Below the pieces are notes generated by a model. It saw only the letters and a program-made list of their open reading frames with translations. It searched no databases and was not told the origin of the DNA. This document shows positions 1-11,593 of a DNA stretch of 64,000 nt, in pieces. Each line of letters begins with the position of its first letter. Within the stretch, counting starts at the first letter, position 1. The translations under genes were made by a program, and so were the position numbers. The DNA comes from Alphaproteobacteria bacterium (GTDB taxonomy: Bacteria > Pseudomonadota > Alphaproteobacteria > Methylaequorales > Methylaequoraceae), in assembly GCA_045563025.1 (NCBI GenBank), contig JBJKUS010000008.1, positions 282,464 to 346,463 of the forward strand. Direction: 5' to 3'.

Positions 1-371
1 CTATTTTAGTAACTGGTAGTGTTGGAAGTTTTGCTGCAGCGCATATGAGAAGAGGCCTTATAATTATAAGAGGAAATGTTGGAAAATACTGTGCTTTTCA
101 GATGATTTCAGGAACAGTAATGATCTTTAAGAGTTTCGCTGAGAGCATTGGAATATCTATGAAACGCGGAACAATAATTTTAATGTCAAACGGAAAATTT
201 GGAAAAAGATTTGAAAAATCTGGTGTGATAAATTTCATCTTCCTTGATTTGTTGGCTACACATATGAAAAGTAATTTTTCAGTTACCCTTCCAGATAAAA
301 AAAAATTTATTAGATATTTTGGTGATAAAAATGCTAATGGGTTAGGCGAGATATTTCTAAAGAAAGGTTAG
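1..371 (+). CDS. fhcC: Formyltransferase/hydrolase complex subunit C (FhcC/FwdC family), 5'-truncated by the window edge
   Basis: Frame is open from position 3 (ILVTGSVGSFAAAHMRRGLIIIRGNVG...MISGT...MKRGT), a repeated beta-helix MxxG pattern, with C-terminal RYFGDKNANGLGEIF typical of FhcC. Confidence 0.8.
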   Translation, partial: ILVTGSVGSFAAAHMRRGLIIIRGNVGKYCAFQMISGTVMIFKSFAESIGISMKRGTIILMSNGKFGKRFEKSGVINFIFLDLLATHMKSNFSVTLPDKKKFIRYFGDKNANGLGEIFLKKG

Positions 372-373
372 TT

Positions 374-970
374 TCATTTTTTTTTTAGCTCTTTAATAAG
401 CAAGTCAATGCCCCCATCTTGCAAATATTTGCTGAACTCAGATTTTTTTGTGGAAATTTCACTGACAGTCCCATCAATAAGAACATCAAAAATTCTCCAC
501 CCTTTATTATTGATAAGAAGGTAATTTATTTTAATTTTATCTTTTTTATTTATTATTAAAACTGATTTTACAAGAATATATTTTTCTCCAATTTTTTTTG
601 TTCCTTTGGAATTGAATTTAATTGAATTAAATTTAGAGAATTGTTTGATATAATTTTGAGCAATATATTTTGTGAATAACAATGTTACCTCGTCTTTTTT
701 GGACTCAGAAATTTTTTTCCACTTCTCTCCTATTATCATTCTAATCATTTTTCTTGTGTCATAAAAATTTGTAATTGATTGAATTGTTTTATCAAAAGAA
801 ACTGTCTTTTCTTTAGCACTTATATCCAATAACATTTCCTGTAATTTGCTTACTGTTTGAATATCCGATTCTTCTGACTTTACTGAGTAACCAAAAAAAG
901 AAATAGAGATTAAGAATAGGATGATAAGTTTACTTTTTTTAAAAAAAAAACTGGAAATTGAACTTTTCAT
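374..970 (-). CDS. hpnM: HpnM / MlaC-family hopanoid transport periplasmic protein
   Basis: Signal-like N-terminus, WRIFDVLIDGTVSEISTKKSEF MlaC-type motif, adjacent to the hopanoid cluster. Start moved to ATG 970 because the ORF-track start overlaps hpnA. Confidence 0.75.
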   Translation of the reverse strand: MKSSISSFFFKKSKLIILFLISISFFGYSVKSEESDIQTVSKLQEMLLDISAKEKTVSFDKTIQSITNFYDTRKMIRMIIGEKWKKISESKKDEVTLLFTKYIAQNYIKQFSKFNSIKFNSKGTKKIGEKYILVKSVLIINKKDKIKINYLLINNKGWRIFDVLIDGTVSEISTKKSEFSKYLQDGGIDLLIKELKKK

Positions 971-1011
971 TGTTAATTTATATCTCTTAACTAAAACAAC
1001 AACAAACTTAA

Positions 1012-2007
1012 ATGTCAAAAACAATTCTCGTAACTGGGGCCAATGGATTTCTGGGCTCTGCAATCACAAAATTGGCTTTAAAAAAGGGCTTTAAAGTGAA
1101 TGCGTTAATCCGAAGGAACTCAGATATCAAAAATATTGAGAATTTAAAAGACAGAATAAGTTTTTTTTATGGTGATTTAAGAGATTTCCAATCCTTGCAT
1201 TTTCCTTTCGAAAAAAGTGATTTGATTTTTCATGTAGCAGCTGATTATAGATTATGGGCTAGGAAGAAAACTGAAATTTATGCATCAAATGTCTTGGGAA
1301 CCGAAAATGTTGCTATGAAATCTCTAGAGCTGAATAAAAAGTTAATATACACATCAAGTGTTGCAACAATAGGTTTAAAAATTGATGAGATTTCTGATGA
1401 AAAATCAGAATCAAGTCTGAATGATATGACAGGAGATTATAAAAAGTCAAAGTATCTTGCTGAGAAGATCGTAAAAAACTTCGTAAATAAAAGAAACTTA
1501 AAAGCTGTAATTGTTAACCCGTCAACTCCAATTGGTCCAGGTGATATTAAACCTACACCTACAGGAAAGATAATCTTGGATATGTTAAAGAAAAAAATAC
1601 CAGCTTATGTTGATACTGGGCTAAATTTTGTTCATGTTGATGACGCAGCAGAGGGTCATTTTCTTGCTATGAAATATGGTAAAGTTGGTGAAAGGTACAT
1701 TTTGGGGGGAGAAAATATGAGTTTCAAGGATTTCTTAGATTGTGTCGCTGAATATGGTAAAGTTCCTAAATCAAGATTCAAAATTAACCCTAATTATTTA
1801 TTTCCACTGGCAAAGCTAAACGAATTCTTTGCAAAATATATTTATGACAATGACCCATCGCTAACCGTCGATGGTTTGAAAATGTCTAAGAGGAAAATGT
1901 ACTTTTCATCAGAAAAGGCAAAAAAGAAACTTCATTATAGACCTCGTAATGTAAAAAGTGCTATAAAAGATGCAGTCAATTGGACTGTAGAAAATTTTTT
2001 AAATTGA
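1012..2007 (+). CDS. hpnA: Hopanoid-associated NAD-dependent sugar epimerase/dehydratase
   Basis: VTGANGFLG Rossmann motif, [32 protein letters not shown]. Confidence 0.9.
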   Translation: MSKTILVTGANGFLGSAITKLALKKGFKVNALIRRNSDIKNIENLKDRISFFYGDLRDFQSLHFPFEKSDLIFHVAADYRLWARKKTEIYASNVLGTENVAMKSLELNKKLIYTSSVATIGLKIDEISDEKSESSLNDMTGDYKKSKYLAEKIVKNFVNKRNLKAVIVNPSTPIGPGDIKPTPTGKIILDMLKKKIPAYVDTGLNFVHVDDAAEGHFLAMKYGKVGERYILGGENMSFKDFLDCVAEYGKVPKSRFKINPNYLFPLAKLNEFFAKYIYDNDPSLTVDGLKMSKRKMYFSSEKAKKKLHYRPRNVKSAIKDAVNWTVENFLN

Positions 2008-2014
2008 AGATGAA

Positions 2015-2977
2015 ATGAAAAATTTAAATAAGAACAAACTTAGAATTATTTTGGCTCAACCCAGAGGATTTTGTGCGGGAGTTGAGAGAGCCATAGAAAT
2101 AGTTGAAAGAGCCTTAAAAATTTATGGACCACCCGTATATGTAAGACACGAAATTGTTCATAATAAAAGAGTAGTAAACAATCTAAGTTCAAAGGGAGCT
2201 GTTTTTGTCAAGGAATTAGATCAAATACCTGAAGGTGCAGTAACTGTTTTCAGTGCACACGGAGTAGCAAAAAAGGTCGAGGATACTGCAAATTTTAGAA
2301 ATCTGCCTGTTCTGGATGCAACATGTCCTTTAGTAGCAAAAGTTCATAAAGAGGGTCAAAGATACTCTAAAGATGGTTTTGAAGTTATATTAATCGGACA
2401 CGAAGGACATCCTGAAGTTGAAGGGACAATGGGGAGGATATCCGGTCCTGTTTATTTAGTTTCCAATACTGATGATGTAAAGAAGCTAAAAGTAAATAAC
2501 CCAGATAAACTATCCTATGTAAGTCAGACAACACTTTCCGTAGATGATACAAGAGATGTTATTAACGCTTTACAAAATAGATTTCCCAATATTATAGGAC
2601 CGGATGTAAAGGATATATGCTACGCCACACAAAATAGACAATCTGCAGTTAGAGACTTAGTGAAGAATGTTGATCTTGTCTTGGTTGTTGGAGCTAGAAA
2701 CAGTTCAAATTCGAACAGACTTAAAGATATTGGTTCAGAGTCCGGAGTAAATACTTACCTTATTGAAACTGCAGACGATATGTCATTGGAGTGGTTTGAT
2801 AACGCAAAATCAGTTGGGATAACTTCTGGAGCCTCAACGCCAGACGAACTCGTAAGAGAAGTAATTGACCGTATCTCAACTTTCAGTAATATTGAAATTG
2901 AGAAACAATCTGGAATTGAAGAAAATGTTGTTTTCAAACTACCCAAAGAATTAATTAATTATGAAATTGCAAACTAA
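2015..2977 (+). CDS. ispH: 4-hydroxy-3-methylbut-2-enyl diphosphate reductase
   Basis: [35 protein letters not shown]. Confidence 0.97.
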   Translation: MKNLNKNKLRIILAQPRGFCAGVERAIEIVERALKIYGPPVYVRHEIVHNKRVVNNLSSKGAVFVKELDQIPEGAVTVFSAHGVAKKVEDTANFRNLPVLDATCPLVAKVHKEGQRYSKDGFEVILIGHEGHPEVEGTMGRISGPVYLVSNTDDVKKLKVNNPDKLSYVSQTTLSVDDTRDVINALQNRFPNIIGPDVKDICYATQNRQSAVRDLVKNVDLVLVVGARNSSNSNRLKDIGSESGVNTYLIETADDMSLEWFDNAKSVGITSGASTPDELVREVIDRISTFSNIEIEKQSGIEENVVFKLPKELINYEIAN

Positions 2978-3001
2978 TTATACATTTAGGTATATTTAAT
3001 T

Positions 3002-4123
3002 ATGGGAATTCCAATTATTCAGCAAATAAGAGTTGGGGCTTACATAATGAAACAAAAGCTCCTAGGTAAAGAAAAATATCCTTTGGTTCTTATGCTTGAA
3101 CCATTGTTCAGATGTAATTTAGCTTGTGCTGGATGCGGGAAAATTGATTACCCAAAGGAGATACTCGATCAAAGATTATCTGTAGATCAATGTATCGAAG
3201 CTGCAGAGGAGTGTGGGGCACCCATTATATCCATTCCTGGAGGTGAGCCATTAATTCATAAAGAAATGCCAATAATTGTTGAAGAACTTATAAAAAGAAA
3301 AAAGTTTGTGTATTTGTGTACTAATGCTTTATTGATGGAAAAAAAGATGGAAGATTATAAACCAAGTTCTTATTTTACCTGGTCAGTACATTTGGATGGT
3401 ATGAGGGATGAACATGATAAATCTGTTTGTCAGGACGGAGTTTTTGATAGGTGTGTTTCGGCAATTAAAAAAGCAAAGTCGTTGGGTTTTAGATGTAATA
3501 TTAACTGCACGATTTTTGATAATGTTGAGGAAGACTCACTTAAAGTTTTTTTAGATTACGTTACAGATGAGCTTAAAGTTGATGGAATAACTATTTCACC
3601 AGGTTTTGCATATGAAAGAGCGCCCGACCAGCAACATTTTATAAAAAGGTCAAATACTAAGCAGTTTTTTAGAAACGTTTTTAAATCCAAGAACTTTAAA
3701 AAATGGGATTTTAGTCACTCTGGTCTTTACTTGGATTTCCTGGCAGGTAATCAGTCATACAAGTGTACTCCTTGGGGGAATCCAACCAGAAATATTTTTG
3801 GATGGCAAAAACCATGTTATTTAATTGGTGAAGGTTATGTTGATTCATTTAATGAATTAATGGATACAACTGAATGGGATAAATATGGAACAGGAAATTA
3901 TGACAAGTGTTCTGATTGTATGGCTCATTGCGGTTATGAAGCATCAGCAGTTACAGATGTTTTTTCAAGTCCACTCAAAGCCATTAATGTGGCAATAAAT
4001 GGCCCCAGGACAGAAGGCGCTATGGCTGAAGAAATTGATTTATCCAAGTCGAGAGATCCAGAGTTTGTTTTCGACACTCATGTACAAAAAATGCTGAATC
4101 AAATTCACAATGAAAAAGCTTAG
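3002..4123 (+). CDS. hpnH: Adenosyl-hopene transferase (radical SAM)
   Basis: YPLVLMLEPLFRCNLACAGCGKIDYP, CTPWGNPTRN, CSDCMAHCGYE. Confidence 0.95.
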   Translation: MGIPIIQQIRVGAYIMKQKLLGKEKYPLVLMLEPLFRCNLACAGCGKIDYPKEILDQRLSVDQCIEAAEECGAPIISIPGGEPLIHKEMPIIVEELIKRKKFVYLCTNALLMEKKMEDYKPSSYFTWSVHLDGMRDEHDKSVCQDGVFDRCVSAIKKAKSLGFRCNINCTIFDNVEEDSLKVFLDYVTDELKVDGITISPGFAYERAPDQQHFIKRSNTKQFFRNVFKSKNFKKWDFSHSGLYLDFLAGNQSYKCTPWGNPTRNIFGWQKPCYLIGEGYVDSFNELMDTTEWDKYGTGNYDKCSDCMAHCGYEASAVTDVFSSPLKAINVAINGPRTEGAMAEEIDLSKSRDPEFVFDTHVQKMLNQIHNEKA

Positions 4124-4770
4124 TTATTTAAAAAAACTTTCTTAGCAACCTTTTCTAATTTTATAATTGATTTGCCATATAGTTTATTTATTTTGATTAA
4201 TTTGAAAAAATCAGATGGTCTTGCTACAAGCTCTAAAAAGAGTCGAACATAACTGACATTTCCATCAGAATTTAAAGATTTGATTATAAATTCTGGGATA
4301 GGGTTATCACTATCATCAAAAATCACCTTTATAGAAACAAAGGGGACTTTTTCCTCTAATGCCGCCTTCTGTGCATAATAAGCTTCCATATCCACAGCAC
4401 TTACTTTTTTATCTTTAGATACCTTTTTTAAAATCTTTTTTGAGGTCAGGAGACTGCCAGTTTTGACTTTTTCATCAAATTTTTTTTTAAAATAGACACT
4501 AAGAAAATTTGAGTTTTTTTTAAATCTAAAGTTTTCGTTACAAATATCTTTTGGTATCAAAATATCACAATTTTTTAAATTATTTGTCAGTGCACCAGCA
4601 AATCCAAAATTTACTATTAGATCTACATTCTGCTTTATGAGTTTTTTTGTAGCTGAATATGCTTTAAAACTATAACCACTTTCAATTATTATATTCTTAT
4701 GTTTAGGTATGCTTTCTTTTTCTCTACTTAAGCCAACTAAAATACCAATTTTTGTGTTTTTTTTAAACAC
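4120..4770 (-). CDS. hpnG: Hopanoid-associated phosphorylase/nucleosidase
   Basis: NFGFAGAL and AVDMEA (PNP/UDP phosphorylase family), directly downstream of shc. Confidence 0.8.
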   Translation of the reverse strand: MFKKNTKIGILVGLSREKESIPKHKNIIIESGYSFKAYSATKKLIKQNVDLIVNFGFAGALTNNLKNCDILIPKDICNENFRFKKNSNFLSVYFKKKFDEKVKTGSLLTSKKILKKVSKDKKVSAVDMEAYYAQKAALEEKVPFVSIKVIFDDSDNPIPEFIIKSLNSDGNVSYVRLFLELVARPSDFFKLIKINKLYGKSIIKLEKVAKKVFLNN

Positions 4771-6676
4771 CGTAAACTGGTTCAGGAGAATTTTTATTTA
4801 ATAAATTTTTTATTTTGTAAATTGTTAGTAATGGAAAATAATGAGCATAACCATGATATTTTAAATAAAAAACTTTTGGGAAACCTACTGCTGTAAAATT
4901 GTCTTCTGACCATTTTAGATCATTTCCTAGTAAGTAGTTAACACCTCTTTCTACTTCCTTAGAATCCAGTTGGCCAGCTGAGGTTAATGCCATAAGAGCC
5001 CAAGCTGTTTGAGATGGAGTACTTTTTTTTGAAATACTTTCATAACCCTCATAATATGATTTTCCGTCTTCACCCCACCCTCCATCTTTTCTTTGCATAT
5101 TTTTTAAATAGTTAACCGCTTTTGAAAACACTTTTTTTTTTTCTGGGAACTCCAAGAGATTTAGTGCAGATAATGTTGACCAAGTACCATAAATATAATT
5201 TGTTCCCCATCTCCCGTACCAACTTCCATCTTTTTCCTGCTCAGATAAGATATATTTTAATCCTTTATTAATTGATAAATCATTCCTTTGGTCATTTTGT
5301 TGGATTAGAAAACTTAAGCATCTGGCTGATACATCTACAGTTGGTGGGTCAAGTAAAGCCCCGTGATCTGCAAATGGAATTGCATTTAGATAGTCTTTGT
5401 TGTTGTCAATATCGAACGCACCCCATCCTCCATTTTTAGATTGCATTGATATAATCCACTTTCTAGTTCTTTCTAAACAATCTGAGATTTTCTTTTTTTT
5501 AACTTTTCTATTATATCTATCTAAAAACATACCAACTAAAGCTGTATCATCTACATCAGGGTAAAAATCATTATTGAATTGGAATGCCCAACCTCCAATA
5601 ACTTCTTTTTTTTTATTTATTGCCCAGTCTCCTTTTATCTTTATCTCTTTTTTTAGGAACCAATCTACAAGCCCACTAACATCCTCATCACCTTTCTCTA
5701 ATAAAACATGTCCCATCCATCCGGTATCCCAAATAGGAGAGACACAAGGTTGACAATATGCTGTTTCTTTTTGTTCAACAATTAAGTTATCAATCGACTT
5801 TTTGCAAATCTCGATTTCCTTTTCAAACCTTTTTTTTTCATCAATTCTTAAGGCTATGAGAGCATTAACCATTGCAGGGAAGATCCCTCCAAGACCGTCT
5901 TCACCATTTAATCTTTCTAAAATCCATCTATAAATGTCCTCCGAACAATTTTTTTTAAATTTTTTTGAAAAAATCAAAGGAAATGTAATTCTCATTACTT
6001 TATCAAGATATAAGAATATCTTTGAATATTTTGAATTTTTTACAGGCTTTATTTTCGAGCTTGAACGCCTTGAGTTTACAAATATTTCAGTAATATCAAT
6101 TCCATTAGGATTGTTAGCTAAGGGCTTTTTATTCATAATAATAAGAAGCGGGATTAAAACTGTTCTTGACCAGTATGAAATTTTGTAAATATTAAACGGG
6201 AACCAATTGGGAAACTTAATTATTTCAATGGGCATATATGGGATGGCATTCCAAGAAATTTGACCAAAAATTGCCAGTGATATCTTAGTAAACACATTGC
6301 TTTCTTCGGCCCCCCCCTTTTTAAGAATTAGATCTCTTGCTAGTTTCATCTGTTTATGATTTTTATCTAAACCAGAAAGTTTCAAAGCATAGTAGGCTTT
6401 TACCGAAGCACTTATGTCAGAATCACCATCAAAAAAAAGAGGCCACCCTCCATCTTTATTTTGTTTTGATAAAAGATAGTTTTTGATCTTCTCTTCAAGA
6501 TGGATATCAATTTCACCAATAAAATGCATGAGAAATATATATTCCGATGAAATAGTCGAATCCGCTTCTAACTCGTAAACAAAGCATCCTTCCTTATGTT
6601 TATTTTTATTTTGTTCTTTCACTTTTGCTTTTAGCTTGTGATTAAGAGAATTAATTTTTTTCTTAAGGATATTCAT
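4763..6676 (-). CDS. shc: Squalene-hopene cyclase
   Basis: YPDVDDTA (DxDD) catalytic motif, QW repeats (QNKDGGW, QSKNGGW, QEKDGSW, QRKDGGW), GFPKVFYLKYHGY. Confidence 0.97.
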   Translation of the reverse strand: MNILKKKINSLNHKLKAKVKEQNKNKHKEGCFVYELEADSTISSEYIFLMHFIGEIDIHLEEKIKNYLLSKQNKDGGWPLFFDGDSDISASVKAYYALKLSGLDKNHKQMKLARDLILKKGGAEESNVFTKISLAIFGQISWNAIPYMPIEIIKFPNWFPFNIYKISYWSRTVLIPLLIIMNKKPLANNPNGIDITEIFVNSRRSSSKIKPVKNSKYSKIFLYLDKVMRITFPLIFSKKFKKNCSEDIYRWILERLNGEDGLGGIFPAMVNALIALRIDEKKRFEKEIEICKKSIDNLIVEQKETAYCQPCVSPIWDTGWMGHVLLEKGDEDVSGLVDWFLKKEIKIKGDWAINKKKEVIGGWAFQFNNDFYPDVDDTALVGMFLDRYNRKVKKKKISDCLERTRKWIISMQSKNGGWGAFDIDNNKDYLNAIPFADHGALLDPPTVDVSARCLSFLIQQNDQRNDLSINKGLKYILSEQEKDGSWYGRWGTNYIYGTWSTLSALNLLEFPEKKKVFSKAVNYLKNMQRKDGGWGEDGKSYYEGYESISKKSTPSQTAWALMALTSAGQLDSKEVERGVNYLLGNDLKWSEDNFTAVGFPKVFYLKYHGYAHYFPLLTIYKIKNLLNKNSPEPVYGV

Positions 6677-6682
6677 TTTTTG

Positions 6683-7909
6683 TTATACTAAATCTTCGAT
6701 TGCTTTTTTTCCAGATAAAATTGATGCTTCGATTGTGCAAGGTAACCTATTTTGGGTCCAATCTCCTGCAAAAACATAAGGAAATCTTTTTTTTTTAAAA
6801 TTAGTAATCATTTCTATGTTTTTTGGGCTTTGAATATATGTAGCTTTTTTCTCTCTAACAATCTGGAAGCTTTTGTAATTTATTTTTTTTTTAACATATT
6901 CACACATTTCTTTCCATATTATGTTTGCTATCTCTTTGGAATCCATTGAGTTAAACTTATTTGCATCACTAATGGTTATAGATATGTACTGATTTTTGAC
7001 GAACATCCAATGTGATTTTGTATTTATAAATCCAATTATTTTTTTATCAAATAAATAGATATCTTTTTTGCTTAATTTAAAGTGTACGTTGAGGATTGTA
7101 TTATAATTAGAAGGAAGTTTAAATTCGGGAAATAATTTGTTTAAGTTAGTTGGCGGAATTGCAAATATAATTCTGTCAGAGCTTTTAATTTTAAGGACTC
7201 TTTTAGTGAAAACCAACTCCGAGATATTTCCATCCTTAAAGTGAATTCTTTTTAATGATTCATTAAAATTTATCCTTTTTTTTTGTATAAAACTTATTGC
7301 TGGTTCTATTAGCGTTTTCCCCCAATTTTCTTTTGGTTGGTAAATTAAACAATGTTTTCTACCTCTAAAAAAAGTGACTTTTAAAACATTTGAGAGTATT
7401 TGTGCAGATGCAAACTTTGGCGAAGTATTCATTACGGCCAATGTTAGAGGTTCCCAGAATTCTTTGTAAATATTAGAATCCCCAACAAGATCAAAAACAG
7501 TACTTCTTCTTGTAACAAAAATAAATTTTAGAACTGATAAATAATCAAAAAAAGAAGTGTTTGGTATTGGATAGTTATTTATAATCTCTTTAATTTTTTT
7601 TTCAAAACCAAACTCCCATTTTTCTTTTTTCTTTATGTCAAAGAAGTTTAAGTTGGAAGGAAGTATTTTTAAGGTCTTCAGAGAACCAACTGTTTGACAA
7701 AAGTTAAAAAAACTATTGTTAGCAGAAAACACTAGATGATTTCCATTATCAATTTCAAGGCCAATTTTCTTATCAAAAAAGGAACGACATCTTCCACCAG
7801 CATTTTTCGATGCTTCATAAAGCTCATAATTTATATTTCGTTTTTTTGCACTAACTGCTGCTGATAAACCTGCTAGACCTGCACCTATTATATGAATTTT
7901 TTTTTTTAT
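6683..7909 (-). CDS. hpnE: Hydroxysqualene dehydroxylase (FAD-dependent)
   Basis: Frame stays open 59 codons upstream of the ORF-track start and contains IIGAGLAGLSAA...EASKNAGGRCRS...DNGNH; C-terminal AGDWT..LPCTIEASILSG. The only in-frame start candidates are ATA 7909 or ATT. Confidence 0.85.
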   Translation of the reverse strand: MKKKIHIIGAGLAGLSAAVSAKKRNINYELYEASKNAGGRCRSFFDKKIGLEIDNGNHLVFSANNSFFNFCQTVGSLKTLKILPSNLNFFDIKKKEKWEFGFEKKIKEIINNYPIPNTSFFDYLSVLKFIFVTRRSTVFDLVGDSNIYKEFWEPLTLAVMNTSPKFASAQILSNVLKVTFFRGRKHCLIYQPKENWGKTLIEPAISFIQKKRINFNESLKRIHFKDGNISELVFTKRVLKIKSSDRIIFAIPPTNLNKLFPEFKLPSNYNTILNVHFKLSKKDIYLFDKKIIGFINTKSHWMFVKNQYISITISDANKFNSMDSKEIANIIWKEMCEYVKKKINYKSFQIVREKKATYIQSPKNIEMITNFKKKRFPYVFAGDWTQNRLPCTIEASILSGKKAIEDLV

Positions 7910-7912
7910 ATT

Positions 7913-8755
7913 TCACCTAAATGTAAAGTTTAAGAATATTAAAAATTTATCCCAAATATTTAATCTAACTTTTTTTTTAAAATTAATCTTTTTTTTAAAC
8001 ATTTTTTTATGAATGCTTTTATAAAAAAGTTTCATTATTTCGGATCCAACGATTTTTTTCTTATCAATACTCTTCTTTAGTAAGTCTGACTTCTCGAACT
8101 CATTATTTGCTTCTTCTAGCATTTCCTGCAGAATGTTTTGAATACAGGGATTATTATCAATGTTTTTTAAGCTTTTTTTTATTGCATATTTTGTCAATTT
8201 TGAGGATGGTAGATAACATCGTTTATTACCAAGATCTTCATAAAAATCTCTAACAATGTTTGTAATTTGAAAGGCCATTCCGAGAGAGTAAGCATATTTA
8301 TCTCCAATTGATTGATTTATACCAAAGATCTTTATAGACAAATACCCAACAGCTACAGCTACTCTTTCACAATATAACTTAAAAACTCTATCATTAGGAA
8401 ACCGGATGTCTGTTTTGACATCCATTAGCATTCCGTCAATTATAGAATAAAAGTTTTTCTTGTTTAAATTAAACTGTTTGATTGAATGTTCTAGTTCTCT
8501 TAATAAACTATCATTAAACTTTTTTTTTTTAAAAATATTGTCTATTTTTCTTTTCCATAGATTTAGTTTTATCTGTTTCTTTTTTTTTGAAATCTTCTCA
8601 TCATCAGCAATATCATCTACTACTCGACAAAAAGCATATAATGAAAACATAGCTCTTCTTTTTGGTTTTGATAAGAGTTTCATACCCCAGTAAAATGACG
8701 AGCCAGATTCTTTTACAAGTTGCTCTATCTTTGATTTGTCATCCAAATGTCTCAA
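7913..8755 (-). CDS. hpnD: Presqualene diphosphate synthase
   Basis: SGSSFYWGM, LYAFCRVVDDIADD, QITNIVRD. Confidence 0.9.
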   Translation of the reverse strand: MRHLDDKSKIEQLVKESGSSFYWGMKLLSKPKRRAMFSLYAFCRVVDDIADDEKISKKKKQIKLNLWKRKIDNIFKKKKFNDSLLRELEHSIKQFNLNKKNFYSIIDGMLMDVKTDIRFPNDRVFKLYCERVAVAVGYLSIKIFGINQSIGDKYAYSLGMAFQITNIVRDFYEDLGNKRCYLPSSKLTKYAIKKSLKNIDNNPCIQNILQEMLEEANNEFEKSDLLKKSIDKKKIVGSEIMKLFYKSIHKKMFKKKINFKKKVRLNIWDKFLIFLNFTFR

Positions 8756-8776
8756 GTGAAAATGGATTTCCTAAAA

Positions 8777-10699
8777 CTAGGCTCTCTCCAGAGAGAATTT
8801 AGTTGGAGCTGCAATACCCAAAGCCCCTAGTGCTGTTTTTATAATTCCTTCTGAATCGATTCCACATTCTGAGTTTTGTTTTTCTGGTTTACCATGTTTT
8901 ATAAAAACATCTGGAAAAAAAATTGGTCTATATTTGAGACCTTTATCTAGCGCCCCAGATTTTGTGAGAAATGACATTACTTGTGCAGAAAAACCACCGA
9001 TTGAACCCTCCTCGACAGTTATAAGAACTTCGTGGTCTCTTGCAAGTTGGGTTATGAGAAGTTCATCTATTGGTTTTGCGAATCTAGCATCTACTACTGT
9101 GGTGGAGAGACCATATGATGCTAAAACATCAGAGGCTATTAATGAATCTTTTAACCTTGTTCCTAGAGATAGAACGCAAACTTTAGTTCCTTCTCTGATA
9201 ACTTTACCCTTTCCAATCTCCCAAATTTCTGGTTTATCATTTATCTTTTCACCTATACCTTCTCCTCTTGGATATCTAAAGGCAGACGGCCTATCATTAA
9301 TTAATAAAGATGTTGCGACAGTATTGCACAATTCGTTTTCACTACTTGGAGCCATAACAATAAAGTTTGGTAAGGTGCAAAGGTATGTTAAATCAAAAGA
9401 ACCAGCGTGTGTTGCGCCATCAGCTCCAACTTGACCAGCTCTGTCTATTGCAAACCTAACTGGAAGTGATTGAATGGCAACGTCATGTACAACTTGATCA
9501 TATCCTCTTTGAAGGAAAGTTGAGTAAATAGCTGCGAATGGCTTCATTCCTCTTGTAGCCATACCTGCAGCAAAAGTTACTGCGTGCTGTTCAGCTATGC
9601 CCACATCAAATGTTCTTTTTGGAAACTCTTTTTCAAATAGATCCAACCCTGTTCCTGAAGGCATCGCTGCAGTTACAGCAACAATACTTTTATCTTTTTT
9701 GGCATGTTTAATTAGAGAGTTTGCAAAAACTTTTGTATAACTTGGAATTTTTGATGAAGATTTTACTTGTTCTCCTGTTATGACGTCAAACTTACTAACG
9801 CCATGGTATTTATCTTCTGACTTTTCTGCAGGTTCGTAACCGTATCCTTTTTTGGTTACTACATGCAAGAAAACTGGACCGTCCCATTTCGATTTTTGGA
9901 GGTTTCTTAAAACTGGTAGAAGATGGTCGAGGTTATGTCCATCTACTGGACCTAGGTAGAAAAAACCAAGTTCCTCAAATAAAGTTCCTCCTGTAACCAT
10001 TCCTCTCATATATTCTTCTGCCTTGGCTGCCATATTTTGGAAACTTTTAGGAAACTTCTTAGCCATATGTTTAGCAAGGCTTCTGGCGGATTGGAATGTT
10101 TTTCCTGATAACAGTCTTGATAGATAGGCACTCATTGCTCCAACTGGTGGTGCAATTGACATATCGTTATCGTTTAATATTACTACTAACCTAGCATTCA
10201 TTGAACCTGCGTTATTCATCGCCTCGTAAGCCATTCCTGCACTTATTGCACCATCTCCAATAACACAAATAACTTGATGATCTTCTTTTTTTAGGTCTCG
10301 TGCCACTGCCATTCCTAGTCCAGCAGAAATTGAAGTTGAAGAATGTGCCGCACCGAAAGGATCATACTCGCTTTCATCTCTTTTTGTAAAACCGTATAAT
10401 CCACCTGGTTGTCTAATAGTTCTAATTTTGTCTCTTCTACCGGTAATTACTTTATGGGGATAGCATTGGTGACCAACGTCCCAGATCAGTTTGTCATTAG
10501 GTGTATTGAAGACACTATGAATTGCAACAGTCAATTCCACAACGCCTAGGCCTGCTCCGAGGTGCCCTCCCGTTACAGAAACTGCATCAACCACTTCATC
10601 TCTGAGCTCTTTACACACAACTTTTAGTTGTGAATCATTAAGTTTTCTTAGGTCTTTAGGGTATTTTACTTTATCAAGGAGGTTGTTACTTTCTTTCAT
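8777..10699 (-). CDS. dxs: 1-deoxy-D-xylulose-5-phosphate synthase
   Basis: [28 protein letters not shown] ThDP motif, [17 protein letters not shown]; ATG 10699 preferred over TTG 10705. Confidence 0.97.
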   Translation of the reverse strand: MKESNNLLDKVKYPKDLRKLNDSQLKVVCKELRDEVVDAVSVTGGHLGAGLGVVELTVAIHSVFNTPNDKLIWDVGHQCYPHKVITGRRDKIRTIRQPGGLYGFTKRDESEYDPFGAAHSSTSISAGLGMAVARDLKKEDHQVICVIGDGAISAGMAYEAMNNAGSMNARLVVILNDNDMSIAPPVGAMSAYLSRLLSGKTFQSARSLAKHMAKKFPKSFQNMAAKAEEYMRGMVTGGTLFEELGFFYLGPVDGHNLDHLLPVLRNLQKSKWDGPVFLHVVTKKGYGYEPAEKSEDKYHGVSKFDVITGEQVKSSSKIPSYTKVFANSLIKHAKKDKSIVAVTAAMPSGTGLDLFEKEFPKRTFDVGIAEQHAVTFAAGMATRGMKPFAAIYSTFLQRGYDQVVHDVAIQSLPVRFAIDRAGQVGADGATHAGSFDLTYLCTLPNFIVMAPSSENELCNTVATSLLINDRPSAFRYPRGEGIGEKINDKPEIWEIGKGKVIREGTKVCVLSLGTRLKDSLIASDVLASYGLSTTVVDARFAKPIDELLITQLARDHEVLITVEEGSIGGFSAQVMSFLTKSGALDKGLKYRPIFFPDVFIKHGKPEKQNSECGIDSEGIIKTALGALGIAAPTKFSLERA

Positions 10700-10737
10700 T
10701 TTCAAACTTTTTTTGTTTCACTGTATTTTAGTTTAAA

Positions 10738-11553
10738 CTAATCATACATTATTCCTTTAAAGAAGCAAAAAATCAACTCAATACGCGATAATTTAATATT
10801 TTCTTTCAGAGGGTCTCTTTTTTTTAGCAAATTACACAGTCTTTTGGCAATATTTAAAATTATTAAAGTTTCTTTTCTCAATCTCCAAGATTGAATGAAG
10901 GATAATCCATTCTTAGTCGTTTTAAGAGAAATTAAAACATTTTCAATTATTTCAACTTTTAGTTTCTCAAAATTTCCCATAGATCTGCTCTTTTTTAAGA
11001 TTGATTTGTTAATTGAATATTTCTTGAATAAGGATTCAGGTATATAAACTCTATTAAGTTCCTCCAAATCTTTTTTACAATCTTGCATATGATTAATTAT
11101 TTGCAAGGCAGTACATAAGTTGTCTGAAGCTTCATAAATTTTTTCAAGATTATTTTTTTCTTTAACCGCATCGATCACAAATCTTCCTACGGGGTTCGCA
11201 GAGTACTTACAGTAGTAAAGTAAATCACTCCACTTTACGTATTTTTTATTAGATGCATCCATCAAAAAAGCTTTTAAAAGATTTCTGGAATATTTTTTTC
11301 CGGAAGGAAGACCTTTAAATTCTAAAATCATATCCTGAATAACTTTGTTATGACTTTGTTTATTTTTTAAGATTGCATTATCAAATGATTTTAAAATTTT
11401 TATTTTTTGATGTTTTGTTAAAGTTTTATGATCCGCTACATCATCAGCCATTCTTGCAAAAAAATAAAAAATTCTAACTATTTTTCTAATTTTTTTTGTC
11501 ATTAAAAAAGATGCAACTGGAAAATTTTCATCAGAATAAGATTTTCCAGACAT
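10738..11553 (-). CDS. hpnC: Hydroxysqualene synthase
   Basis: SGK...ENFPVAS, FARMADDVAD, YCKYSANPVGR, LCTALQIINHMQD; start at ATG 11553 inferred. Confidence 0.9.
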   Translation of the reverse strand: MSGKSYSDENFPVASFLMTKKIRKIVRIFYFFARMADDVADHKTLTKHQKIKILKSFDNAILKNKQSHNKVIQDMILEFKGLPSGKKYSRNLLKAFLMDASNKKYVKWSDLLYYCKYSANPVGRFVIDAVKEKNNLEKIYEASDNLCTALQIINHMQDCKKDLEELNRVYIPESLFKKYSINKSILKKSRSMGNFEKLKVEIIENVLISLKTTKNGLSFIQSWRLRKETLIILNIAKRLCNLLKKRDPLKENIKLSRIELIFCFFKGIMYD

Positions 11554-11593
11554 AAACTTACTGATGTCATTATGAATATGTTTTTTCTTATTT

